A stretch of DNA of 43,526 bases from the NCBI GenBank assembly GCA_002762915.1, contig PCYF01000015.1, positions 1-43,526 on the forward strand. Direction: 5' to 3'. This DNA comes from Candidatus Woesearchaeota archaeon CG10_big_fil_rev_8_21_14_0_10_32_9 (GTDB taxonomy: Archaea; Nanobdellota; Nanobdellia; Woesearchaeales; 21-14-0-10-32-9). A program made the position numbers and the translations under genes. Positions 32,986 to 42,912 of this stretch are shown piece by piece (within the stretch, counting starts at the first letter, position 1; each line of letters begins with the position of its first letter). A model generated the notes under the pieces. That model was not told the origin of the DNA. It saw only the letters and a program-made list of their open reading frames with translations, and did not search any database.

Positions 32986-33806
32986 TTCTTTAATTCTTGT
33001 AAAATTTCTTGTGGTTTTTTATTATTGAAAATTATTTCTTTTAGTACTTTAGCCATCAATAATGGATTTTTATGTTGCCAAATGTTTCTTCCTACCGCTA
33101 ATCCTGCAGCACCTGCATCAATTACTTCTCTTGTCATTTGCATGAATTCATAATCTGTTTTCTTTGAACCGCCAGCAATTACTACTTTCGCTTTTCCTGC
33201 GGCTTTAACAATCCATCTTAATCCTTCTTGATCTCCGTTATATTTTATTTTTATAATATCTGCTCCAAGTTCCATTGCGACTCTTGTTCCATAAGCAATT
33301 GTTTCTGTTGACTCTTCTTCTTGTATATTTGATCCTCTAGGATACATCCAACAGATAGCAAGTAATCCTTTCTGATGAGCTTCTTCGCATATTTTTCCAA
33401 ATTCAACTAACATTTGCTGTTCATGATTACTTCCTAAGTAAATTGTGTATCCGACAGCTATTGCTCCTAGTTTTTCTGCATAGTCTACACTTGTATGCTG
33501 GAGAGATAATGGATCTTCTTTGCTTAGTTTAGTTTTTCCATTAAGTTTTACAATTAAAGGTACATCTTTGTAATGATCAACGTGATATTTTTCTGCTATT
33601 CCTGCTTGTGCAGCAATTGCGCTAAATCTTCCTTCCAGACCAACATCCATTATGTATTGTGGATCGATGTTTAATAAATTAAAATCTGTCGGACCGTGCT
33701 CTAGTCCTTGATCATAAGCTAGAATCAAAACTTTGCCTTTATGAAATAAAGTATCTACTCTGTCGCTCTTTTTTTTCAAATTTACTCCTCTTTTTTTAAT
33801 TTGCAC
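32973..33806 (-). CDS. fba: archaeal class I fructose-1,6-bisphosphate aldolase (DhnA/FbaB family)
   Basis: VLILAYDQGLEHGPTDF, PLIVKLNGKT (Schiff-base Lys region), AVGYTIYLGS, WMYPRG, GADIIKIKY, IAGG and AVGRNIWQ follow the MJ1585-type FBA pattern as I recall it. Confidence 0.8.
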   Translation of the reverse strand: MQIKKRGVNLKKKSDRVDTLFHKGKVLILAYDQGLEHGPTDFNLLNIDPQYIMDVGLEGRFSAIAAQAGIAEKYHVDHYKDVPLIVKLNGKTKLSKEDPLSLQHTSVDYAEKLGAIAVGYTIYLGSNHEQQMLVEFGKICEEAHQKGLLAICWMYPRGSNIQEEESTETIAYGTRVAMELGADIIKIKYNGDQEGLRWIVKAAGKAKVVIAGGSKKTDYEFMQMTREVIDAGAAGLAVGRNIWQHKNPLLMAKVLKEIIFNNKKPQEILQELKNHKY

Positions 33807-33811
33807 TAATC

Positions 33812-34801
33812 TTAAATCGCGCGTTTTACTATTTTTCTCTCATCCTTATTTAATAATTTTTTCATAGCCGATTCTTTGAGCAATTTTCTTTTTGCACCAT
33901 AATCTTGTATGATTTGTTCTGCTTGTATCATTCCTCTTTTAAGAGAACTTGCAATTCCTTCATTTTTTATTATTCCTGCAGTAAACCCTGATGAGAAAGC
34001 GTCTCCAGCACCAGTAGTTTCAACTACACGTATTTTTTTATCAGCACTAACTGAATAAGTATGCTTTCCGTCAAAGCAAATTACTCCTTCTTCACCATTT
34101 GTTATTATTACATAATCTTTGACGTATTTTTTCAATTCTTGAAATATTGTTTTTTGATTTGTTTTTTTTGTAAGCAATTCTGATTCTTTTTTATTTAGTA
34201 TTAGTATATTTGTATTTTCGAGTATTGATTTAAGCTCAGATACTCCTTTCACGACAGAGTATTGAGATGGATTAAACGCCAGTTTTACCTTATTTTTAGA
34301 AGCATATCTTGCAAGTTCTTTAAGTGCATCTAAACTTGAACTCATCATAGAACTAAAATAAAACCATTTTGTTTTGAGTTTTTGCTTTTGTATCTTTGAA
34401 AATTTGAAATTATTATTACAACCCTTGTAGGTTAATATTGTTCTATCTCTAGCTTTTGAGTCCAAGACTACAGAATATCCTGTTATTCCTTCGAAATTTC
34501 CCAAGAAATCTATCTTTTCCTCTTTCAAACAAGTTTTGACCAATTCTGCATTGATATCCTTTCCAATCATTCCTAAGTATGCTGTTTTCAGCCCTTGTCT
34601 TGAGAATGAAACTGCAGTATTTGTTCCTCCTCCGCCCACTTGAAAGTCTAAATGATTTATTAAGATTTTATCTCCTAGAGGATATGCAAGGCATAATTCA
34701 TCTTTTTTTGAAGGACTGTGAATTTTTACAAGTTTTGTATCAGTTTTCACAAACGCATCAAGTGTATTACTTCCAACAGTTATCACATCGAACAGAATCA
34801 T
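33812..34801 (-). CDS. PfkB/ribokinase-family sugar or nucleoside kinase
   Basis: GGGGTNTA di-Gly lid motif and the TTGAGDAFSSGF anion-hole motif. 5 nt upstream of fba on the same strand. Confidence 0.8.
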   Translation of the reverse strand: MILFDVITVGSNTLDAFVKTDTKLVKIHSPSKKDELCLAYPLGDKILINHLDFQVGGGGTNTAVSFSRQGLKTAYLGMIGKDINAELVKTCLKEEKIDFLGNFEGITGYSVVLDSKARDRTILTYKGCNNNFKFSKIQKQKLKTKWFYFSSMMSSSLDALKELARYASKNKVKLAFNPSQYSVVKGVSELKSILENTNILILNKKESELLTKKTNQKTIFQELKKYVKDYVIITNGEEGVICFDGKHTYSVSADKKIRVVETTGAGDAFSSGFTAGIIKNEGIASSLKRGMIQAEQIIQDYGAKRKLLKESAMKKLLNKDERKIVKRAI

Positions 34802-34911
34802 TCACCTCTTATTCTTTCTAATATTCTTTCTAAGAATACTTGTTTAAAAAGTTTATGCATAACTTAAACAATATTAAGAATCGAGTCTATAAAAAGAACT
34901 TTTTTATTTAA

Positions 34912-35835
34912 TTAAGATCTAAACAAGTTAGTGAAAAAACTAGTAATTGTAGAAATTAAGGGTTCATCTTTTTTTGGCTTAATTGAATCTTCAACACCAT
35001 TTACAACTACAGGATCACTAACAAAAGTAAACAAAGCACCATTATCACTAGCACCCTCAACATAATAAACACTATCCAAAGCCAATTGACCATCAAGATC
35101 ATCAAAAATCTTATACTCACCTACAGAAATAACACCTCTATCCTGACCATTAACAGAAACAACAACACTAGTCTCACCAACACGCTCCAACAAAACCACA
35201 TTACCATCTAAATTATAAGACTGACCCTCAGACAAGAAAAAACTATTAGAATCATTAATAGATGTATTGCTCAACAAAGAAGTTACACTAACAACATCAC
35301 ACGCGAAAGATATTGCATGTCCATCACGTAATTTCATTGAACCTGAAACATAATAATCACCTAAATCTGGAAAAGTATATGTTAATACTCCTTCATAGGT
35401 TTTATTTGAAAATAAAGAAGCTCCATTTTCTGAATTAATTTCCCAAAAATAATATACTGGATAACTCGGACCATAATAATTTATTGAAAAGTTTCTATAT
35501 TCATAAACTCCCTCAGAAGAGCAAGTGGCATAATCAGGAATCTCTATCACTTCAGGAGAACTCATTTCTTCTTGCACAGCCGCGTAATTTGTAGTATTAG
35601 AATCATTTTGTTCAACTGAAGCAACTTCTGCATCTTTTACAATAGGCACCTTCACATATTCCTCATCAATAGCAAGAACATCTGTGTCTTGTGCTATAAC
35701 ATACGCAGTTATTGCTGAAAATCTATTTTCATCAAATGAATTGCTATTAATCGCAACTACGAAAAGAACGCTTATGAAAAGAAAAAAGCCTATAAGTGCA
35801 AAGTTTTGTTGTGCCTTCTTACTAGTTTTATACAT
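34912..35835 (-). CDS. membrane-anchored or exported protein of unknown function
   Basis: MYKTSKKAQQNFALIGFFLFISVLFVVAI signal anchor. V/G/D/S-rich beta-type C-terminal domain. ATG 35835 preferred over the track TTG 35856. Confidence 0.5.
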   Translation of the reverse strand: MYKTSKKAQQNFALIGFFLFISVLFVVAINSNSFDENRFSAITAYVIAQDTDVLAIDEEYVKVPIVKDAEVASVEQNDSNTTNYAAVQEEMSSPEVIEIPDYATCSSEGVYEYRNFSINYYGPSYPVYYFWEINSENGASLFSNKTYEGVLTYTFPDLGDYYVSGSMKLRDGHAISFACDVVSVTSLLSNTSINDSNSFFLSEGQSYNLDGNVVLLERVGETSVVVSVNGQDRGVISVGEYKIFDDLDGQLALDSVYYVEGASDNGALFTFVSDPVVVNGVEDSIKPKKDEPLISTITSFFTNLFRS

Positions 35836-35934
35836 CAATAAAACTCTGTAGAACAATCATATTTAAAGTTTACTATTTAAAAAAACTTAATGTAAAAAGA
35901 AGGTTTTAAATATTCAAGGCGCACCAATTTATCT

Positions 35935-36534
35935 ATGCCCCCAGATCCAAGTTTTGATTTAACAGATTCAAATCATGTTTATTACGTTGCTGAGTTTGAA
36001 ATTGAGCGTGAAGATGTATTTCACCTTAAGAATCTTTACAAGTTGATTTTTGAGTGGTTTATGATGAATGGTTTCGTTTCTATTGATTCTAATGATGATA
36101 AGATTGAAACGCTTTATTTTCAAAGGATCCTAGACAATGGTAATAGTGAGCACCACATATGGTGGAGGTTACACAAAATTCCAGGCGGGAACAATTATTA
36201 TAAATATTATGTACGTTTTGACTTTCAAACGCTCAACATGGGAAAAGGAGAAGTAGTTGTAAAGGGTAAAAAGGTTAAAACTAATTCTGGAGACGTTATT
36301 ATGCGTTGTAAAACTTATGTTATCTTAGATTACAAACAAGAGTGGAGAAAACATCCAATTTTAAAAACAGTTCACGGCTGGTGGAGAAGATATTTTTACA
36401 AAAAGCACTTTGATTTTATTAAAACAGATTTGTGGGTTACAACATATAAGCTTCAGGACGTTATCAAACAGTATTTGAATCTTAAAAATCCATACGAAAT
36501 GCAAAAACCATTTAATCCAGAGACTGGAGTATAA
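35935..36534 (+). CDS. hypothetical W/Y/K-rich protein upstream of nurA
   Basis: 199-aa ORF with no motif recognised. Co-oriented with nurA-herA. Confidence 0.45.
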   Translation: MPPDPSFDLTDSNHVYYVAEFEIEREDVFHLKNLYKLIFEWFMMNGFVSIDSNDDKIETLYFQRILDNGNSEHHIWWRLHKIPGGNNYYKYYVRFDFQTLNMGKGEVVVKGKKVKTNSGDVIMRCKTYVILDYKQEWRKHPILKTVHGWWRRYFYKKHFDFIKTDLWVTTYKLQDVIKQYLNLKNPYEMQKPFNPETGV

Positions 36535-36587
36535 CTGGGTCTTTTTTAACCCAAACTATTTTATAGTTCTTTTTGTTTCACACTCAT

Positions 36588-37532
36588 ATGCACAAATTAC
36601 TTGAATCAATTTCAAATACACTCTTAGATGATTTTGAAAACGAGTTCGTACTCATCAACGGCACCAGGCATTTTCTAAAAAATGAATTTTTAGAATTGTC
36701 AACTGGAGAAAATAATTCATTTTGTTTTATCGACGGAGGAAATGGAGAAATAGTTGGTAGCAGCGCGTTTTCTTTAAATTACAACAAAATAAGTCAAGTC
36801 TTTTTTTCAGGAACAAAATATTTCAATTCGAAGACTGAAAGTTTTTTTTCTTTATCAAAAAAGACTAATTCAAAAATAAGTTTTGAAACAGAACCAGAAA
36901 AAAACTTTGATAATTTAACAGAAGAAGTTTCTTGTTACGATGCCTGTTGCATTATACGATCATGCTCGGAATTAGATTCAGCAACTCACGTTTCAAATTG
37001 TTCAAGTATTGTTCTTGATGGTTCTTTTGATGCAGATAAATATTGTAAACCTTTTTTTGATGTACTAAAACAAAAGTGTCTTTCTTCAAAAACAATACTA
37101 TTGGGAGTTAGCAAGACGAGTGGATTCGTAACAAGTAAAGGAAGGCCTATTTCTTTTGTTCTCAATGAGTTAAATAAAAACAATCATGAAAAGTGGTTTT
37201 ATTCTTCAGAATTAATTCAAGACGGTTTCGAAACTTGTTTTGTTAAATTACATCCAAAATCTGAGCACATACTTAGAGTTGATTTTTTGTCTGAACAAAA
37301 AGATTTGTTAAAAATAGCACTTGAGAATTTATCTTTAAATTGTTCTGATCCTGTTTTTTTCGGTTATCCATTTGGTTTAATTATGGCTGATGATTTTGCA
37401 CGTGTTTCTAAACAAGAAGTTTCTGAATTAAAAGCTGAAGCATTTGTAAAATTGGGGAAAAATTCTGATTTAGTTGAAGAAGCAGCTAAATCTTCTGATG
37501 CTCATGCTGTTTTGGATAAAGCAAAATTCTAA
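36588..37532 (+). CDS. nurA: NurA 5'-3' nuclease
   Basis: NurA motif series FIDGGN, IVLDGSF, GVSKTS, GYPFGLIMADDFARVS. ATG 36588 lies 26 nt downstream of TATA-like ttttatag. The track TTG 36573 is the alternative. Confidence 0.75.
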   Translation: MHKLLESISNTLLDDFENEFVLINGTRHFLKNEFLELSTGENNSFCFIDGGNGEIVGSSAFSLNYNKISQVFFSGTKYFNSKTESFFSLSKKTNSKISFETEPEKNFDNLTEEVSCYDACCIIRSCSELDSATHVSNCSSIVLDGSFDADKYCKPFFDVLKQKCLSSKTILLGVSKTSGFVTSKGRPISFVLNELNKNNHEKWFYSSELIQDGFETCFVKLHPKSEHILRVDFLSEQKDLLKIALENLSLNCSDPVFFGYPFGLIMADDFARVSKQEVSELKAEAFVKLGKNSDLVEEAAKSSDAHAVLDKAKF

Positions 37533-37597
37533 CTTAAATCGAATCGAACACTCAAGTTTAGATAAACATTTAAAAAAGCAATACATTCTTTACATTT

Positions 37598-39130
37598 ATG
37601 GTGTTTAAAGCACAAATTTTGGGGGGACGTTTTGGAGAAATTATCGCCAGACAAAAGTCCGATTCTGATCTAGAAATAGGTGAATTATTAGTAGATGATA
37701 ATGCTGAAGAAAAAACTTTAATGCAAGTTGTAGATTTACAATATGGCTCTCAAATCTCTATGCAGAATTTAGAGAAAATTTCAGGATTTAATTTAGAAGA
37801 TGATTTACAAACTGAATTTTTTAACAATAAAAATAGAAATTATAAACTTGCAATTCTCAAAAATGTTTTATCTATAAGAGCCTCTCCGAAATCTTCAAAA
37901 AAGTTACCTGAATTTTTTGGAAAATTGAGAGATGTTACAAAAGAAGATTTATCTTTTTTAACAAAATCCGATAATCCTTTTTTCTTTGGCAATTTGCGAT
38001 CTGGAACTAAAACTTTAGATCTTCCTGTTTTTCTTGACGGAAGTAAAGTTCTTTCTCATCATATTCTTATAACGGGTACAACTGGAAAAGGAAAAAGTGT
38101 TTTGATGAAAAACTTGTTGTGGAATGCTGCATCTTTAGATTATTGCTCCATGTTAGTTTTTGATCCTCATGACGAGTATTTTGGAAGAAAAGAATTTGGA
38201 TTAAAAGATTTTTCTGATCCTAATAAAATTATTTATTTTACTTCAAGAACTGTTCCTCCAGGACAAAGAACACTTAAAGTGAATTTAAAATTACTTCGTC
38301 CAGATCATTTTGATTTTCTTGATTTGAGTTCTCCTCAAAGACAAGTCATGTATCTGTATTATAAAAAACATAAATCTGAATGGATTAAAGCGCTTTTAAA
38401 TTCTGATTCTTCCGATATCTCAAGCAATGAAGTTAATGAAATGAGTGTTTCTGTCGTCAAGCGAAGATTAAAACTCATTTTAGATATTTCTGTATCAGAT
38501 AGTAATTTAATTTGTTCTGGCGTTTTTGATGAAACTTCTGGCGCAACAACAATTTCAGATCTTATATCTTTTTTAGAATCTGGAAAGCTTGTTATTGTTG
38601 ACACAAGTAATTTCTCTGGAACAACTGAATTGTTACTCGCAAGTCTTATCACTAGCGAAGTTTTTCACAAGTATAAAGATTACAACACAAAAGGTTTACT
38701 AAATGATAAACCTGTTATCAGCATAGTGCTTGAGGAAGCTCCTAGAGTTCTTGGTAAAAATGTTCTTGATCAAGGACCTAACATTTTTTCAACAATTGCG
38801 AGAGAAGGAAGAAAGTTTAAGACTGGACTTGTTGCAATCACTCAGTTACCTTCTTTAATTCCTAAAGAAATTCTTGCAAATATGAATACAAAAATAATTA
38901 TGGGTACTGAAATGAGTTCTGAACGACAAGCAATTATAGATAGCGCCAGCCAAGATTTGTCTGCAGATTCAAGAAATATTGCAAGTTTGGATAAAGGTGA
39001 AGCAATTATTTCTAGCAATTTCTCTAGATTCGCAATCCCAATAAAAATTCCCATGTTTGATGAGTCAATAAAAAAAGTTAGTAAATCTGATCTAACTTCA
39101 AAGAATTCTTTTTCTGGAATAAAATTATAA
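37598..39130 (+). CDS. herA: HerA (FtsK/HerA-superfamily) hexameric helicase/translocase
   Basis: N-terminal HAS-barrel-like region, Walker [17 protein letters not shown], Walker [12 protein letters not shown], arginine-finger region [15 protein letters not shown]. Confidence 0.85.
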   Translation: MVFKAQILGGRFGEIIARQKSDSDLEIGELLVDDNAEEKTLMQVVDLQYGSQISMQNLEKISGFNLEDDLQTEFFNNKNRNYKLAILKNVLSIRASPKSSKKLPEFFGKLRDVTKEDLSFLTKSDNPFFFGNLRSGTKTLDLPVFLDGSKVLSHHILITGTTGKGKSVLMKNLLWNAASLDYCSMLVFDPHDEYFGRKEFGLKDFSDPNKIIYFTSRTVPPGQRTLKVNLKLLRPDHFDFLDLSSPQRQVMYLYYKKHKSEWIKALLNSDSSDISSNEVNEMSVSVVKRRLKLILDISVSDSNLICSGVFDETSGATTISDLISFLESGKLVIVDTSNFSGTTELLLASLITSEVFHKYKDYNTKGLLNDKPVISIVLEEAPRVLGKNVLDQGPNIFSTIAREGRKFKTGLVAITQLPSLIPKEILANMNTKIIMGTEMSSERQAIIDSASQDLSADSRNIASLDKGEAIISSNFSRFAIPIKIPMFDESIKKVSKSDLTSKNSFSGIKL

Positions 39131-39175
39131 TTTAAAAAAAGAAAAAAATAATTGTTTTTAGTTATTTAAACAATT
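39131..39175 (-). terminator. hairpin plus oligo-T 3' end signal of the 39158-39619 gene
   Basis: AATTGTTT (39150-39157) pairs with AAACAATT (39168-39175), with the stop codon in the 10-nt loop. On the minus strand it is followed by ATTTTTTTCTTTTTTTAAA. Confidence 0.4.
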
Positions 39176-39619
39176 TTGGTTTCCTATTTGTCTTGGTTGC
39201 ATTCTTCCTTGACCTAGCCCTTGATGTGCACCTTGTCCGCTTCCATCTCTTGGACCATTTCCATTATTCAAGCCTAATTCTGTTCTTAGATTATTCGCAG
39301 TTACAAAATCTCCTGATTCTACAGCATTATGTGCTTGAGCAAATGTAGCAAAATTGTTTTCATTTACTACATCTAACACTCTTGGATGCATTCCATTTTC
39401 ACTCATTAGTTCGTACCACGCAGCATAGTCGAGATTTTCAAATGCAGTTTCCATCAATTCATGTCTTTCTTCATTAAATTGCGGACCTTTTATTGAATAA
39501 TCTCCTCTATATGCACTTGCTAGTCCTGTTGAAAATATAATTCCTACAACTAGCACTGCTAACAATCCGAACATTGTTGTTTTTTTCATTTTTTTGTCGT
39601 TCATTTTTTTACCCCGCAT
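39158..39619 (-). CDS. small secreted protein with a Gly/Gln-rich tail
   Basis: Lys-rich N-terminus plus MFGLLAVLVVGIIFSTGLASA signal peptide. Helical core. C-terminal GNGPRDGSGQGAHQGLGQG. Confidence 0.5.
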   Translation of the reverse strand: MRGKKMNDKKMKKTTMFGLLAVLVVGIIFSTGLASAYRGDYSIKGPQFNEERHELMETAFENLDYAAWYELMSENGMHPRVLDVVNENNFATFAQAHNAVESGDFVTANNLRTELGLNNGNGPRDGSGQGAHQGLGQGRMQPRQIGNQNCLNN

Positions 39620-39754
39620 GTTTTATATCAAGACATAAAAAATACTAGTATATAAAAAGAAAGAATAGAAAATGTACACTTTAAGTCCATTTTTTATTTA
39701 AACTGAACAGCACTTTTTTAAATATAGATGAATTACTAATACTGAGCAAGTACA

Positions 39755-40423
39755 ATGTCCCCAATGCCATTTTTTGATCCTATAAGATTTGGAATAGAAA
39801 TTACTTATACAATCATAGCGGTTTGCTTATTCTTTTTAATTTATTTTAGAACTAAAGAAATGTACACATTAACTGAGTACAAAGGAATAATGTTTTTTAG
39901 AGGCGCTTTCTTATTTTTTGCACTTGCGTATTTACTGAGATTGTTTTTGATCTCATCCAGATTATATTCTTCTTCTCCCACGTTTTTTATTAGAGATTTT
40001 TTTCCACTGAGCCTCATCTTTGTGAGTTATTTCAGCACTTTAGGAATTATTTTATTAATATTTAGCATAACTTGGAAATATATTAAATCAGCACACTTAG
40101 TCTTATATGGTCATTTAATTTCTTTACTATTAACTATAATTATAATATTGACTAATTCTTCAGAAATTTTAACATATATACAAGTAGGACTTCTTATTAT
40201 CGCCACAATTTTTGGAATCATTTTTAACAAGAAAACGGATAGATCGAAAAAGAGCACTCAAACAAGAATGTTGTATTTTTTGCTTTTATTGTCTTGGTTA
40301 CTTAATATTTGGATGCTTACTCCTGGTTGGTTTTTTCCAAGTGAAGTCAAGTCTTTATTCCAAGTATTATCTCTTGTAGTTTTCGGTGCTATTTATTATA
40401 AAGTTTCAAAGTGGCTAAAATGA
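39755..40423 (+). CDS. polytopic membrane protein of unknown function
   Basis: Six to seven hydrophobic segments by eye. No motif recognised. Confidence 0.5.
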   Translation: MSPMPFFDPIRFGIEITYTIIAVCLFFLIYFRTKEMYTLTEYKGIMFFRGAFLFFALAYLLRLFLISSRLYSSSPTFFIRDFFPLSLIFVSYFSTLGIILLIFSITWKYIKSAHLVLYGHLISLLLTIIIILTNSSEILTYIQVGLLIIATIFGIIFNKKTDRSKKSTQTRMLYFLLLLSWLLNIWMLTPGWFFPSEVKSLFQVLSLVVFGAIYYKVSKWLK

Positions 40424-40695
40424 CTAAAAAGAGAGATCGGTTAGAAGTAATCTTTGATATTCTCAGCATTATCTCCCAAAATAATAATTCAATAAAACCC
40501 ACTCCGCTTTTACGACAGTCTAATTTATCTTCAAGTAGTTTCAGCGAATACCATAAAGAATTAATAAGCAAAAATTTAATCAAAGAACTATATGATAAAA
40601 AAGGGAAAAAATTTGTAACTCTCACCGATCAAGGGTTCAACTATGTTTCTAAGTACAAGTACATTAAGGGATTTATTTCTGAGTTTGATTTATAA
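40411..40695 (+). CDS. small winged-helix protein (HTH_45/DUF4364-like)
   Basis: RDRLEVIFDILSIISQNN...SSFSEYHKELISKNLIKE...FVTLTDQGFNYV. Overlaps the preceding membrane-protein gene by 13 nt. GTG 40411 or ATG 40420. Confidence 0.55.
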   Translation: MAKMTKKRDRLEVIFDILSIISQNNNSIKPTPLLRQSNLSSSSFSEYHKELISKNLIKELYDKKGKKFVTLTDQGFNYVSKYKYIKGFISEFDL

Positions 40696-40764
40696 TTCAC
40701 GAAAAACGCATGTATTTTCAATAAAAGAAAGAAAACATAAAAAGACGTAGTGATTTCTAGACTT

Positions 40765-41985
40765 ATGAAGTTCGCACATTTGGCCGATGTTCACATTGGA
40801 AGCTGGAGAGATCCTAAGCTTAAGGAAATGAGCACGCTTGCATTCATCAAATCAATAGACTTATCAATTGAAGAAAAAGTAGACTTTATTCTTATTTCCG
40901 GAGATTTATTCAACACTGCGCTCCCAGGCATTGATCAAATCAAAATTGTTATTAGAAAATTAAAGGAGATAAAAGAAAAAGGAATTTCTGTATATTTTAT
41001 TGCAGGAAGTCATGATTTCTCTCCTTCTGGAAAAACTATGCTCGATATTATTGAGGAAGCAGATTTAGGAATTAATGTAACTAAGGGAGAAATTATAGAA
41101 AAAGAAAACGGAGAGAGTAAATTAAAATTATTATTTACAACAGATAAAAAAACTGGCGCTAAAATTACTGGGATGATTGGTAAACGTGGAATGCTTGAAA
41201 AGAAATATTATGAAGATCTTGATAGAGATTCTCTTGAATCTGAACAGGGTTTTAGAATTTTCATGTTTCACACCGCACTTGATGAATTAAAACCTGAAGA
41301 TCTGAGTGATATGCCTTCAACACCTGTTTCTTTTTTACCGAGAGGTTTTGATTATTATGCTGGAGGACACGTTCATATTGTTAAACAAAAAAATCTCGAA
41401 GAACATGGTTACAAAAATCTTGTTTATCCTGGTCCGATTTTTCCTGCAAATTTTACGGAACTTGAAAAACTTGGAGTCGGAGGATTTTTTATTTATGAAA
41501 ATGGAAAAATAACTCGAAAAGAAATCACAATAAAGGAAAGCATTTCATTTAATATAAAAATAGATAATAAAACTGTTGAAGAAGCCAGAGCAATCATAGA
41601 AGAATCTTTAGTTGGAAAAGATATTATTAACAAAATTATTTTGCTTCGTATTCATGGTTCTTTAAAATCTGGCAAATCCTCTGATATTGATTTTAATTCT
41701 ATGTTCGAGAGACTATATGAGAAAGGTGCATATTTTATTATGAAAAATTCTTCTAAATTAATCTCTAAGGAGTTTTCAGAAGTTATGGTTAGTCATGCTT
41801 CCTCAGAAGAATTAGAAGATAAATTAATTCAGGAACATTTGAATCAAACAGAGCACAAATTTAATAATGAACTTGAATCAACTAAACAATTGCTGAAGAC
41901 TTTTTCTGAGGAGAAACACGAAGGAGAAAAAGTTTCTGATTATGATTCGCGGATAAAAAAAGAAGTCGATATAATTTTAAAATAA
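40765..41985 (+). CDS. mre11: Mre11 / SbcD-family DNA repair nuclease
   Basis: Phosphoesterase motifs FAHLADVHIG, SGDLFN, AGSHD, FHTAL, GGHVH. ATG 40765 preferred over the track GTG 40750. Confidence 0.8.
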   Translation: MKFAHLADVHIGSWRDPKLKEMSTLAFIKSIDLSIEEKVDFILISGDLFNTALPGIDQIKIVIRKLKEIKEKGISVYFIAGSHDFSPSGKTMLDIIEEADLGINVTKGEIIEKENGESKLKLLFTTDKKTGAKITGMIGKRGMLEKKYYEDLDRDSLESEQGFRIFMFHTALDELKPEDLSDMPSTPVSFLPRGFDYYAGGHVHIVKQKNLEEHGYKNLVYPGPIFPANFTELEKLGVGGFFIYENGKITRKEITIKESISFNIKIDNKTVEEARAIIEESLVGKDIINKIILLRIHGSLKSGKSSDIDFNSMFERLYEKGAYFIMKNSSKLISKEFSEVMVSHASSEELEDKLIQEHLNQTEHKFNNELESTKQLLKTFSEEKHEGEKVSDYDSRIKKEVDIILK

Positions 41986-42006
41986 AACTATGCCTCCTAA
42001 TAAAAA

Positions 42007-42633
42007 ATGAACAAACAAAAATATCCGAAAATTAGTGCTGAATTATATGAAGAAATCAATAATATTCCTAGAGATAAATTTTATCCATTTGATCATGATC
42101 TTTTGTGGTATGGCCTGGATGCAATAGTTCATTTTGTAGTTATGAACGCTGCAAGCAACATCGACAAAAAAGATTTTGATAATTTTATTAAAAAATATGA
42201 CTTACGTAACGGAAGAATTTATGAACCAAACAGTCCGCCCGTAGGGTTTTATGTGAACTTAAAATCAGTTTCAGAGGAAATATTTATTCCACGACAAAAA
42301 TTTTATAACAAAGAAAATAGATTTTGTTTTCTTTTTTCAAGAGATTATTTAAATTATCTTTATATTCCAAAAGAAATATATACATCTACATTTGTAGATT
42401 TAATGAGCAAAAATATAAAAACTCTTACTGAAACACATTGGACGAAAGAGATGTTTCAGGACGACACCGCACTGCAAACAGGCATGGCCTTTGCAAGAGA
42501 TGCTTTAAAAGTTCAACAAAGCGAATTTAACATTAATGCAAAAAACACAGAGTTTGAAAATCGTTTAGAAAAAGATAGAATAATTAATGTAACTAATAAT
42601 CTTTTTGAATACTATGATAAAATAATAAATTAA
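42007..42633 (+). CDS. hypothetical protein (occupies the position where rad50 is expected)
   Basis: 208-aa ORF, 21 nt downstream of mre11. No Walker A/B or zinc hook. Confidence 0.45.
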   Translation: MNKQKYPKISAELYEEINNIPRDKFYPFDHDLLWYGLDAIVHFVVMNAASNIDKKDFDNFIKKYDLRNGRIYEPNSPPVGFYVNLKSVSEEIFIPRQKFYNKENRFCFLFSRDYLNYLYIPKEIYTSTFVDLMSKNIKTLTETHWTKEMFQDDTALQTGMAFARDALKVQQSEFNINAKNTEFENRLEKDRIINVTNNLFEYYDKIIN

Positions 42634-42655
42634 AATAAAAAAGTAGAAAAATTAT

Positions 42656-42856
42656 TTATTTTTTCTTTGGTTTCTTGGTTGAGTTTGTATTTATTCCGCA
42701 TACAGTGTAAAGCCCACACCAACCAATTATTGCAGTTACTAATGCAATTGCTGCTGGAATGAACCACCAATAACTAAATATTATTCCAAATACAATAAAT
42801 ATCGCTGCTAAAACATATCTTACTATTTTGTCAGTTAATCCTTCATTTTGTTTCAT
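42656..42856 (-). CDS. DUF2892-family small membrane protein
   Basis: DKIVRYVLAAIFIVFGII...AIALVTAIIGWCGLYTVCGINT: two TM helices with the G-x-C-x-x-Y-x-x-x-G-x-x-T ending that I associate with DUF2892. Confidence 0.6.
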   Translation of the reverse strand: MKQNEGLTDKIVRYVLAAIFIVFGIIFSYWWFIPAAIALVTAIIGWCGLYTVCGINTNSTKKPKKK

Positions 42857-42912
42857 TTTTTCACCTTTTCATTTGTTTAATAACACCACATTTTTGGTAT
42901 TTGTTTATTTTC

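Noticed and set aside
34960-35290. Strong strand-composition anomaly: plus-strand G is only about 5-7% across the 3' third of the 34912-35835 gene. This could suggest a foreign cassette.
   Set aside because: It is explained by amino-acid content. The encoded domain is rich in V/G/D/E/S (G-initial codons) with T-ending third positions, as elsewhere in the genome. There are no flanking repeats or mobility genes.
36588-39130. NurA-HerA as a HerA-based anti-phage defence module.
   Set aside because: Both proteins show the canonical archaeal repair-type motifs and an mre11 lies nearby. I saw no Sir2, DUF4297/Cap4-like or other effector domain. The idea is kept only as a minor alternative in the finding.
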